Source: Paracoccus suum
Lineage (GTDB): Bacteria > Pseudomonadota > Alphaproteobacteria > Rhodobacterales > Rhodobacteraceae
Assembly (NCBI RefSeq): GCF_003324675.1
Contig: NZ_CP030918.1
Span: 1,080,001 to 1,112,000, forward strand
Direction: 5' to 3'
DNA: 32,000 nt
Shown here: positions 18,811-26,477 of the stretch, one piece after another
Numbering within the stretch: position 1 is the stretch's first letter
Layout of the letters: every line of letters starts with the position of its first letter
The notes under the pieces: generated by a model
What the model was told of the DNA's origin: nothing
Seen by the model: the letters and a program-made list of their open reading frames with translations, nothing else
Database searches by the model: none
Translations under genes and position numbers: made by a program

Positions 18811-18841
18811 ACTATACCCACCCGCCTCAAGATGTGGTCAG
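18811..18841 (-). promoter_or_regulatory. Weak candidate promoter for the deaminase gene
   Basis: Minus strand reads CTGACC (18836-18841), a 19-nt spacer, then TATAGT (18811-18816), about 22 nt upstream of ATG 18788. The spacer is longer than optimal. Confidence 0.2.
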
Positions 18842-18867
18842 ATCAGGTAGTGTTGTAGGAGGACACC

Positions 18868-19065
18868 ATGCGTAACAACTTGGACGCAACTGAAAAATTT
18901 GCGTTTGGTAGGTCTCTGTATGAGACGAGCAAGCGATTCGATACGCTCAGTGAAGGAAAGCGCGCTGACTACACTCGCTCGTTCTCGGCTGACAACAAGG
19001 TCAACTCGTGTGAAGCTACTCAAAAGGCGCCGGAACCAGTAGGGAGGCAGGTTCCGGCCAAATGA
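18868..19065 (+). CDS. Hypothetical small hydrophilic protein (65 aa), divergent from the deaminase gene
   Basis: ATG at 18868 preceded by TAGGAGGACACC (AGGAGG with a 6-nt spacer). Intermediate GC and no recognisable family. Two hairpins lie downstream (19030-19057 and 19066-19079). Confidence 0.35.
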   Translation: MRNNLDATEKFAFGRSLYETSKRFDTLSEGKRADYTRSFSADNKVNSCEATQKAPEPVGRQVPAK

Positions 19066-19101
19066 CTCAGGACTGAGTTGGGGTGAGCCCTGTCGTGACC
19101 C

Positions 19102-22100
19102 TCACCCCTGCAACGTCCTAACTCCCACATCCCCGTCCCCGCGGGACTGAATCGCGGCCACCGCGGCGATCGCTCCGGCAGCGGTCGTGAAATAGGGGAT
19201 CTTAGCGTAAAGCGCGACCGAGCGGATGTCGCGGGAATCTGCGATGGCCTGGGCGCCCTCGGTGGTGTTCAGGACCATCGCGATGTCGTCGTTTTTCAGG
19301 CGGTCGACGATGTTCGGGCGACCTTCATAAACCTTGTTGACCAGTTCCGCCTCGACATCCGCGCCGCGCAGGAAATCGGCGGTGCCCTTGGTGGCGATCA
19401 GGGTAAAGCCCATCCCCGAAAGGTCGCGCATGGCGGCGGCCATCTCGGACGTCTTGTCGCTATCCTTGACCGAGACGAAGACGCGCCCCGATTCGGGCAG
19501 GTGGGTGCCGGCGCCCATCTGCGCCTTGAGGAACGCGCGGGCGAAGTTGCGGTCCCAGCCCATGACCTCTCCGGTGGAACGCATTTCCGGCCCCAGCAGC
19601 GTGTCGACGCCGGGGAAGCGGGCGAAGGGCAGCACGGCCTCCTTGACCGAGAACCACGGGGTGACCGGGTCCGCCAGGGTCAGCGGGTCGGCGTAGGGCA
19701 AGGGCGTGTCGGGGCCGACGCCCGCGGGATAGGCGGGGCGCAGCGGAAAGTTCGACAGCGGCTCGCCGGCCATCAGCCGGGCGGCGATGCTGGCGAGGGC
19801 GCTGTCGGTGGCCTTGGCGACGAACGGCACGGTGCGGCTGGCGCGGGGATTGACCTCCAGCACGAAGATCTCGCCGTCCTTGATCGCGAACTGGACGTTC
19901 ATCAGGCCGACGACCCGCAGCGCGCGGGCCATGGCGACGGTCTGACGCTTGAGCTCCTCGACCGTCGCGGCGTCCAGGGTGTGCGGCGGCAGCGAGCAGG
20001 CGCTGTCGCCGGAATGGACCCCGGCTTCCTCGATATGTTCCATGATGCCCGCGACATGGACCGCCTCGCCGTCGCTGAGGGCGTCGACGTCAACCTCGAT
20101 CGCGCCCGACAGGTAGCTGTCCAGCAGGACCGGGTTGTCACCCGAAACATGCACGGCCGTGGTGATGTAGCGCCGCAGCTGGGCCTCGTCGCGCACGATC
20201 TCCATCGCCCGGCCGCCGAGGACATACGAGGGGCGGATCACCAGCGGGTAGCCAACGGTCTCCGCGATGCGCAGCGCCTCGTCCGGGCTGCGGGCAATGC
20301 CGTTGACCGGCTGCTTGAGGCCAAGGCGGTTCAGAAGTTGCTGAAAACGCTCGCGATCCTCGGCGAGGTCGATGGCATCCGGCGTGGTGCCGAGGATCGG
20401 AATGCCCTCCGCCTCAAGCGCGTTGGCGAGCTTCAGGGGCGTCTGGCCGCCGAACTGGACGATGACGCCATGCAGGGTGCCGTTCTGCTGCTCGACTCGC
20501 AGGATTTCCAGGACGTGCTCGAGCGTCAGCGGCTCAAAGTAAAGCCGGTCCGAGGTGTCGTAGTCGGTCGAGACAGTCTCGGGGTTGCAGTTGACCATGA
20601 TCGTCTCGTAGCCGGCGTCGGTCAGCGCATAGCAGGCGTGGCAGCAGCAGTAGTCGAACTCGATCCCCTGGCCGATGCGGTTGGGACCGCCGCCAAGGAT
20701 GACGACCTTCTTGCGGTCGCTGGGGCGCGATTCATCCTCGACCTCGCCCATCGCCGGGGCTTCGTAGGTCGAATACATGTAGGGAGTCTGGGCCTCGAAT
20801 TCCGCCGCGCAGGTGTCGATGCGCTTGAACACGGGGGCGACGCCCGCGCGCCGGCGTGTGCGGCGAACCTCGGCCTCGGGCGCGTCGGTCAGATGCGCGA
20901 GGCGGGCATCGGTAAAGCCCTGCGATTTCAGGCGGCGCAGGCCGGTGGCGTCGGTCGGCAGGCCTTGGTGGCGGACCTCATGCTCGGCATCGACGATCTC
21001 GCGCAGGCGGGCAAGGAACCAGGGGTCCCAGGCAGTGATGGTGTTGATCTCGTCATCTGTGAAGCCGGCGCGCATCGCCTCGGCAATGACGCGGATGCGG
21101 TCGGGGGTCTGGCGACTGAGCGCGGCGACGAAGGCGGGACGGCCCTCCTCGGCCGCGCCCTCGACGGCGATTTCGTCGAGACCGGTGAGGCCGGTCTCCA
21201 TGCTGGCGAGGGCCTTTTGCAGCGATTCGTGGAAGCTGCGGCCGATGGCCATGACCTCGCCCACGGACTTCATTGCGGTGGTCAGCTCGGGCTTGGCGCC
21301 GGGAAATTTTTCAAACGCAAAACGCGGGATCTTGGTCACGACATAGTCGATGGACGGCTCGAAACTGGCCGGGGTGACGCCGGTGATGTCGTTGTCGAGC
21401 TCATCGAGGGTGTAGCCGATGGCAAGTTTTGCGGCGATCTTGGCGATCGGAAAGCCGGTCGCCTTGGAGGCGAGGGCTGAACTGCGGCTGACGCGTGGGT
21501 TCATCTCGATCACGACCATGCGGCCGTCGGCGGGATTGATGGCCCATTGCACGTTGCTGCCGCCGGTCTCGACCCCGATCTCGCGCAGCACGGCGATCGA
21601 GCCATTGCGCATACGCTGGTACTCGCGGTCGGTGAGCGTCAAGGCCGGGGCGACGGTGATGGAGTCGCCGGTATGCACCCCCATTGGGTCGACGTTCTCG
21701 ATGGCGCACACGATGATGGCGTTGTCCGCCTTGTCGCGCACGACCTCCATCTCGAACTCTTTCCAGCCGAGGAGGGATTCGTCGACGAGAATCTGGCCCA
21801 CCGGCGAGGCATCGAGGCCGCTGCGGCAGATCGCCTCATAGTCGTCACGGTTGTAGGCAACGCCGCCCCCGGTGCCGCCGAGGGTAAAGGCCGGGCGGAT
21901 AATCGCGGGCAGTCCGACGACTTCGATGGCTTCAAGCGCAAGGCGGACGCCGGCCGAGACGTCGAAGCGGCCGTCTGAACGCTTGGGTGCCGTGATGATG
22001 GTCGCGCGCGGGTTTTCCAGCCCGATGCGGTCCATAGCCTTGCGAAAGAGGCCGCGGTCCTCGGCCATTTCGATGGCTTCGCGCTTTGCCCCGATCAACT

Positions 22101-22440
22101 CGACATTATAGCGGTCAAGAACGCCCATGTCAGCGAGGGCCAAGGCAGTGTTCAGCGCGGTCTGCCCGCCCATGGTCGGCAGCAGTGCGTCCGGGCGTTC
22201 GGCCGCGATGATCTTTTCCACGATCTCGGGGGTAATCGGCTCGATATAGGTGGCATCGGCTAGGCCAGGGTCGGTCATGATGGTCGCCGGGTTCGAGTTT
22301 ACCAGAATGACGCGATACCCCTCTTCCCGCAGGGCCTTGCAGGCTTGGGCGCCAGAGTAGTCGAACTCGCAGGCCTGCCCGATGACAATGGGACCAGCGC
22401 CGATGATGAGGATCGAGCGGATATCGGTGCGTTTCGGCAT
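19102..22440 (-). CDS. carB: Carbamoyl-phosphate synthase large subunit
   Basis: 1112-aa ORF with full-length CarB similarity ([29 protein letters not shown], duplicated ATP-grasp halves, MGS-like C-terminus). Confidence 0.97.
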   Translation of the reverse strand: MPKRTDIRSILIIGAGPIVIGQACEFDYSGAQACKALREEGYRVILVNSNPATIMTDPGLADATYIEPITPEIVEKIIAAERPDALLPTMGGQTALNTALALADMGVLDRYNVELIGAKREAIEMAEDRGLFRKAMDRIGLENPRATIITAPKRSDGRFDVSAGVRLALEAIEVVGLPAIIRPAFTLGGTGGGVAYNRDDYEAICRSGLDASPVGQILVDESLLGWKEFEMEVVRDKADNAIIVCAIENVDPMGVHTGDSITVAPALTLTDREYQRMRNGSIAVLREIGVETGGSNVQWAINPADGRMVVIEMNPRVSRSSALASKATGFPIAKIAAKLAIGYTLDELDNDITGVTPASFEPSIDYVVTKIPRFAFEKFPGAKPELTTAMKSVGEVMAIGRSFHESLQKALASMETGLTGLDEIAVEGAAEEGRPAFVAALSRQTPDRIRVIAEAMRAGFTDDEINTITAWDPWFLARLREIVDAEHEVRHQGLPTDATGLRRLKSQGFTDARLAHLTDAPEAEVRRTRRRAGVAPVFKRIDTCAAEFEAQTPYMYSTYEAPAMGEVEDESRPSDRKKVVILGGGPNRIGQGIEFDYCCCHACYALTDAGYETIMVNCNPETVSTDYDTSDRLYFEPLTLEHVLEILRVEQQNGTLHGVIVQFGGQTPLKLANALEAEGIPILGTTPDAIDLAEDRERFQQLLNRLGLKQPVNGIARSPDEALRIAETVGYPLVIRPSYVLGGRAMEIVRDEAQLRRYITTAVHVSGDNPVLLDSYLSGAIEVDVDALSDGEAVHVAGIMEHIEEAGVHSGDSACSLPPHTLDAATVEELKRQTVAMARALRVVGLMNVQFAIKDGEIFVLEVNPRASRTVPFVAKATDSALASIAARLMAGEPLSNFPLRPAYPAGVGPDTPLPYADPLTLADPVTPWFSVKEAVLPFARFPGVDTLLGPEMRSTGEVMGWDRNFARAFLKAQMGAGTHLPESGRVFVSVKDSDKTSEMAAAMRDLSGMGFTLIATKGTADFLRGADVEAELVNKVYEGRPNIVDRLKNDDIAMVLNTTEGAQAIADSRDIRSVALYAKIPYFTTAAGAIAAVAAIQSRGDGDVGVRTLQG

Positions 22441-22491
22441 GGGAACCCCGGGGTCAGCGGCGCCGAAGGGGCCGGCGCAAATCCTGCGGGG

Positions 22492-22519
22492 TTATAGTCG
22501 AGGGGCGCGGGCGCGCAAG
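22492..22519 (-). promoter_or_regulatory. Candidate sigma70-type promoter of carB
   Basis: Minus strand reads CTTGCG (22514-22519), a 16-nt spacer, then CTATAA (22492-22497), about 50 nt upstream of the carB ATG. The leader contains the hairpin GCGCCG-GCCCCTT-CGGCGC. Confidence 0.25.
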
Positions 22520-22742
22520 CGGAGAGGGGAGCGCGCGGGGAGGCCGGCGTGGCGTCCCGTTGGCGGATCGGTCGTGGAATTAGGGCATCGGGAAAGTTCG
22601 GGAGTGCGGTGCCGGCTCAACTCAGTCGTTTTCAACCACATTGACCGGCACCTGCTGCGGGCTGTGACTGAGAAGACGGAGCCGCTAGGCAGCGGTCTAT
22701 AAGCTTCGCTCCGGCGAGCCAATCACGCTCCGGCCAGCGGAA

Positions 22743-23528
22743 TCAGCCCGTAAGAATTGCGAGTGCGGTGGTGTAGGGGCCAGAGTATCCGGCCTGCTGG
22801 TTACTCGCCGCGCTTCTCGCAACATAGGTTTCGATGAGTTTGTCCAAGTTCGCTGAGTCGTTGAGTTTGTCAAAGAAACTGCTCCCGAACATCCGGCCTG
22901 CAGCTGCTCGGAATGTGTCCAGTTGTTGGTCGATGGGCGCCTTGGCCACAGAACCGGGGACACCTAACGCCCCTTCAATGACGCTGCGAAGCGGGGGCGA
23001 GCCCAGGATTGTGTACCACTTTGTGCTTTCGGTCGACTTGCGATTGGCGAGCAAGTTCAGTTCCCGCTTTGCATTCAGCGCCAAGCGCAGACTCTCGTCC
23101 GTCTCGCCCACCGAAAGTTCGAACGCGTGTTCGACGTACGCCTTTCTGACAAGGTTCACCACCGTTTCGGGTTTGGGGCGTGTTCCGCCTGGCCCCAAGG
23201 AAAATGCCTGCGCGAGCTTGAGGTAGCGCTTGTCCGAAAGGCGGTGCGCAAGACTTTTCGCATCGCCAAGATCGCTTTCCAGTACCTTGCGAATGAAAGC
23301 CTTGTTGTTGATGTCGCCCTCGAGTCCGAAAGCAGTAAGCGCGACTTTCATCGTGTTGTAATTGCCGACGATCTCCTCAGCCGACCCAAAGCTGTCCTTT
23401 GCCGCAGCGAACTTTTCAGTCGTCCGGGCAATCTGCGTGCCAGAGGCAAAGCGCTCGACCGCGGCCGTTCCCGTGCGCTGAAGAAGGCGCCAACCGGTCA
23501 TCCCTCCGAGCGCGAGCGCAACGCTCAC
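22743..23528 (-). CDS. DUF1217 flagellar-cluster protein
   Basis: C-terminal 261 aa of ORF 22743..23801. GTG at 23528 gives M-SVALALGGMTGWRLLQRT..., the typical DUF1217 N-terminus, and overlaps the flbT TGA (GTGA). Confidence 0.75.
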   Translation of the reverse strand: MSVALALGGMTGWRLLQRTGTAAVERFASGTQIARTTEKFAAAKDSFGSAEEIVGNYNTMKVALTAFGLEGDINNKAFIRKVLESDLGDAKSLAHRLSDKRYLKLAQAFSLGPGGTRPKPETVVNLVRKAYVEHAFELSVGETDESLRLALNAKRELNLLANRKSTESTKWYTILGSPPLRSVIEGALGVPGSVAKAPIDQQLDTFRAAAGRMFGSSFFDKLNDSANLDKLIETYVARSAASNQQAGYSGPYTTALAILTG

Positions 23529-23932
23529 TGCAGCGACGCGAACATGCGCGCCTCGCGGTCGACAAGTGATCGCAGCGCCTTGAGCGCACCGTATTCGTTC
23601 TCGACGATGGTTGCAGCAGAGGCGCGCGCCAACATTCCGCGACTGTCGCAATCGGTAAAGACCTGGCTGAGTTCCTCCAGCGCGCGCAGGAGGAGTTGGC
23701 GCCCTTCGGGGCGCGCAATATCCCCCGACAGGATTAGCTGGCACTGGTAAATGGCGCGTTTGACGGGGGTCGTGGCGTCCTCGGGATGGATCGCATCGCA
23801 CAGCCGCAGGATGTTTGCTTGCGGGGTCTTGATAGACAGCCGCGCACGGCGGTCACCGTTTTCGACCACCGCCCCGTTGATCAGGATACGCTCGTTTGGC
23901 GCAAGAGAGATAACCAGGCCGCCGCTGCTCAT
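23525..23932 (-). CDS. flbT: Flagellar biosynthesis repressor FlbT
   Basis: 135-aa ORF with a FlbT-like N-terminus (LVISLAPNERILINGAVVENG). Its ATG overlaps the flaF TGA (ATGA). Confidence 0.85.
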   Translation of the reverse strand: MSSGGLVISLAPNERILINGAVVENGDRRARLSIKTPQANILRLCDAIHPEDATTPVKRAIYQCQLILSGDIARPEGRQLLLRALEELSQVFTDCDSRGMLARASAATIVENEYGALKALRSLVDREARMFASLQ

Positions 23933-24300
23933 GCCGCGAGCCTTTCGGCGGAAAGCCCCTCGATGATGGCGCGATTGATGGCGGTCAGCGGTTCAATGGA
24001 GGCGTGTTGCGAGAGCACCCGGGCGGTGTGCGCCTGCACAAAGTCGGCGAGCGAAATCAACTGCGCCCGCAATGCGATCGGCAGCGAGTTTCCGTCGGCG
24101 GCCAGATCGCCGGCACAAGTGGACCAGAAACGGCGGTTGTCCGACAAGGCCTCGACCAGTTGAGGGAAGGCGACTTGGCCTTGAGTCGCGCTGCTCACCA
24201 TGCGCGCCGTAATTCTGGCGAGGATCGTAGCTTCTGCATCGCGAGGGCTTTTGGTGGGGGAAAGGGCCGAGCCGTAGGTCGGCGTAGGAAGAGCGTTCAT
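23929..24300 (-). CDS. flaF: Flagellar biosynthesis regulator FlaF
   Basis: ORF 23929..24330, with ATG at 24300 preferred. FlaF-like features: PRDAEATILARIT, NRRFW, and position upstream of flbT. Confidence 0.85.
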   Translation of the reverse strand: MNALPTPTYGSALSPTKSPRDAEATILARITARMVSSATQGQVAFPQLVEALSDNRRFWSTCAGDLAADGNSLPIALRAQLISLADFVQAHTARVLSQHASIEPLTAINRAIIEGLSAERLAA

Positions 24301-24395
24301 GCGTGCGCGTCTTTTCCTGATAAGGAACACCGGCGTCCTGCCGGCGCGGCTGAGACGGAGGGCGCCTGGGCGCCCTCCGTTTTGTCAGGTTGCGA

Positions 24396-25646
24396 TCAGC
24401 GGAAAAGCGACAGCAGTGCCTGCGGGGCCTGGTTGGCGATAGAAAGCGACTGCGTTGCCAGCTGCTGCTGGACCTGCAGCGCCTGCAGCCGTGCCGAGGT
24501 CTCCTCCATGTTGGCATCGACCATCGAGCCGACGCCGGAGGTTAGCGAATCGCCCAGTTTGCCGACGAAGTCGGACTGGATCGAGATCCGCTTCTCGACC
24601 GATCCGAAGGCGGCGGCGGCATCGATTGACACGTTGAGCAGCGCTTCGATCGATGCCAGAGCGCCGGTTGCGCCTGCATCGGTGGTCACGTCGATCGTGT
24701 TCAGAGCAGACATCGACCCGTCGGTCGAAGCCGCCGTGCCGCCCGTTGCGCTCTCTGCCAGAACGCTGAGATCGGCGCCCGAGTTGTTGGTCAGCTTGAT
24801 GGCATCACCGTCACGGACGACCGAGTACTTGGTTGCGCCGGTCGCGCCGAGAAAGCGGCTGATCTGAGAGGTCAGGTTAGCCGCCACCGACTCCATGCTG
24901 TCGGAGGGGTTGGCCACATACTCGAAGGTCCGCTTGCCGATGATGTTCTTGCTGCCCGCCGCACTGTCGTCGAGGACCATGCGATAGCTGTTGCCGTCTG
25001 CGACGGAGGCGATGTTGATCGTCTGTGTCGCGCCGGTTGCGACAGTTGCCGCCGTGCCGGCAGCTGCAGCGCCGTTGGCCACGATCGTCTGGTCGGTGAC
25101 CGCGGTCCCGCCAAACACCTGGGCGACCGAGGTGTTGGTCACCGACAGATCCTTGCGGTCAAAGGTGATGTGGGACGCTGTCACACCCGAGGAGTTGCGG
25201 TCGAGCGACGACAGGATCGAGAGCGGCTCGCTGGAGCTGCCGTCAACCAGGTTCAGCCCGTTGAACTGGGCCGAGCCGATCACCGTCTTGATCTGTTCTT
25301 TCAGGGCGGTGATGTCGGTCTGGATCTTGGCGCGGTCGACGTTCTTTTCCTGCGCGGCAACGACCTTGGACTTGATTTCGGTCAGCAGGTCGGTGACGGA
25401 CTCCGCCGCGTTCCGGGCGACCGCAATGGTAGAGGCACCGAGTGCGAGGCTGTCGGAAATGCCCTTGAAGCCTTTGACGTCGGCTTCCATTACCTTGGAA
25501 ATCGCCCACACGGCGGCATTGTCCTTGGCGTTTGCCACGGATTTTCCGGTCGAGATCTCGCTTTGCGTCTTCGCCATGCTGGCGTTGATGCCCTTGAGGG
25601 TCTGAAGCGCAACCATGGCGCCGTTATTGGTCAGAATGCTGGACAT
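24396..25646 (-). CDS. Flagellin
   Basis: 416-aa ORF with conserved flagellin N-terminal (MSSILTNNGAMVALQTL...) and C-terminal (ETSARLQALQVQQQLATQSLSIANQAPQALLSLFR) domains and a variable Ala/Thr/Ser/Gly-rich centre. GGAGGA RBS upstream. Confidence 0.95.
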   Translation of the reverse strand: MSSILTNNGAMVALQTLKGINASMAKTQSEISTGKSVANAKDNAAVWAISKVMEADVKGFKGISDSLALGASTIAVARNAAESVTDLLTEIKSKVVAAQEKNVDRAKIQTDITALKEQIKTVIGSAQFNGLNLVDGSSSEPLSILSSLDRNSSGVTASHITFDRKDLSVTNTSVAQVFGGTAVTDQTIVANGAAAAGTAATVATGATQTINIASVADGNSYRMVLDDSAAGSKNIIGKRTFEYVANPSDSMESVAANLTSQISRFLGATGATKYSVVRDGDAIKLTNNSGADLSVLAESATGGTAASTDGSMSALNTIDVTTDAGATGALASIEALLNVSIDAAAAFGSVEKRISIQSDFVGKLGDSLTSGVGSMVDANMEETSARLQALQVQQQLATQSLSIANQAPQALLSLFR

Positions 25647-25773
25647 GACGTCCTCCAGTTTTGGGGCGTTTGGCCCCGAGTGATGACTGGTCTTCTGACC
25701 TTTGAGCTCGCCCGAGCCCTGCGTGACTTTCTGCCTGCATCCCGTCTAACGGGCAGTGATTTCCAAATAGTGA

Positions 25774-25802
25774 ATTTCAGTAAGCTGAGCGAATCGGATC
25801 AA
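25774..25802 (-). promoter_or_regulatory. Candidate flagellin promoter
   Basis: Minus strand reads TTGATC (25797-25802), a 17-nt spacer, then TGAAAT (25774-25779). It predicts a ~120-nt 5' UTR. The -35 element overlaps one copy of the 9-nt tandem repeat. Confidence 0.25.
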
Positions 25803-25819
25803 ACTAAAATTCAAACTAA
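25799..25819. repeat. Tandem direct repeat TCAAACTAA-N3-TCAAACTAA
   Basis: Exact 9-nt copies at 25799-25807 and 25811-25819 (period 12). They lie in the AT-rich stretch about 155-175 nt upstream of the flagellin ATG. The second copy covers the stop codon of ORF 25816..26145. Confidence 0.6.
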
Positions 25820-26130
25820 TAGCGGCGTCCTTGGACGCGGCGAGTGTTGCGTGTCGCGCGACTGCCGGCCGAGTCGTAGGTGGTTAGCCTGCCAGCCGCG
25901 ATCAGCGCGTCCTGCAGGTCCTGACGCGCGGCGGTGACCCCCTCCGCACAGGCGTCGGCCATCAAACCCAGCACGCGCAAGCGCGCCTCACACGTGGCGA
26001 GGTCCTCCACGGCAGGTGGCCGCTCGGCGCAGAGCGCCTCGAACGCCTCGATCTCGCGGGCGCATCCCGCGGGATCGGCATGAAGGAGCGCGTCGCGCGC
26101 GCCATCCAGGTGGTCAAGATGCGTGCTCAC
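25816..26130 (-). CDS. Hypothetical flagellar-cluster protein (possibly FlgN-like chaperone)
   Basis: ORF 25816..26145 (TTG), with GTG 26130 as an alternative. Helical and Ala/Leu/Asp-rich, and immediately downstream of and overlapping the rod-binding protein gene. Family assignment rests on context only. Confidence 0.4.
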   Translation of the reverse strand: MSTHLDHLDGARDALLHADPAGCAREIEAFEALCAERPPAVEDLATCEARLRVLGLMADACAEGVTAARQDLQDALIAAGRLTTYDSAGSRATRNTRRVQGRRY

Positions 26131-26377
26131 TCGGTGCCCCCGCAAACAGCTTCAGATCGATTCGATCGGCCATGAGGTCGGCGTATCCGCGGGTGAGGAA
26201 CGAGTGGAACTGCGCCTCGCCAGCCCCGCCGGAGTTGGCCCCTTCACGGGCCTTTGGGCCAATGTATTTCATCATCTCCTCCAGAAAAGCGGCCTCCAAC
26301 CGATCAGCTGGCGATCGTTGCACGTTGGCCGGGGCGAGGGGGCGCCCCGATTGGACCGACATTGCGACAGGGGTCAT
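26114..26377 (-). CDS. Flagellar rod-binding protein (FlgJ N-terminal-like / CheL-like)
   Basis: 87-aa ORF with GGGAG RBS and a 6-nt spacer. The LEAAFLEEMMKY motif is typical of rod-binding proteins. Confidence 0.7.
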   Translation of the reverse strand: MTPVAMSVQSGRPLAPANVQRSPADRLEAAFLEEMMKYIGPKAREGANSGGAGEAQFHSFLTRGYADLMADRIDLKLFAGAPSEHAS

Positions 26378-26477
26378 TTCACACTCCCTAAATTACTTCG
26401 CGAGTTGTTATCACGCAGCGGTAAATAATTTGGTAATTCGATTGAGGTAGGACGGATGCGAACCGAAAGGAATCGGC

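Larger units (their letters stand above)
17200..19070. other. Low-GC genomic islet (putative horizontally acquired defence islet)
   Basis: Hand counts of 60-nt lines give 43% GC at 17521 and 35% at 18061, against roughly two-thirds GC in the flanks. Boundaries are approximate. No integrase, transposase or tRNA recognised. Confidence 0.6.

Noticed and set aside
18838-19023. 61-aa minus-strand ORF immediately upstream of the deaminase gene, as a possible co-directional partner
   Set aside because: It has a TTG start with no RBS and lies antisense to the plus-strand ORF that has a near-perfect SD. It is kept only as an alternative under the small-ORF finding.
17100-19101. Direct repeats (att-like), a tRNA gene or an integrase fragment at the islet borders
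   Set aside because: Visual comparison of 17100-17260 with 19000-19101 found only trivial matches (GGGAGG). There is no tRNA-like T-arm (GGTTCGAATCC-type) and no recombinase-like ORF. A computed search is still needed.
25757-25775. Sigma54-type promoter (TGGAAATCACTGC on the minus strand) upstream of flagellin
   Set aside because: The GG and GC elements are separated by 8 nt rather than the canonical 10 nt.
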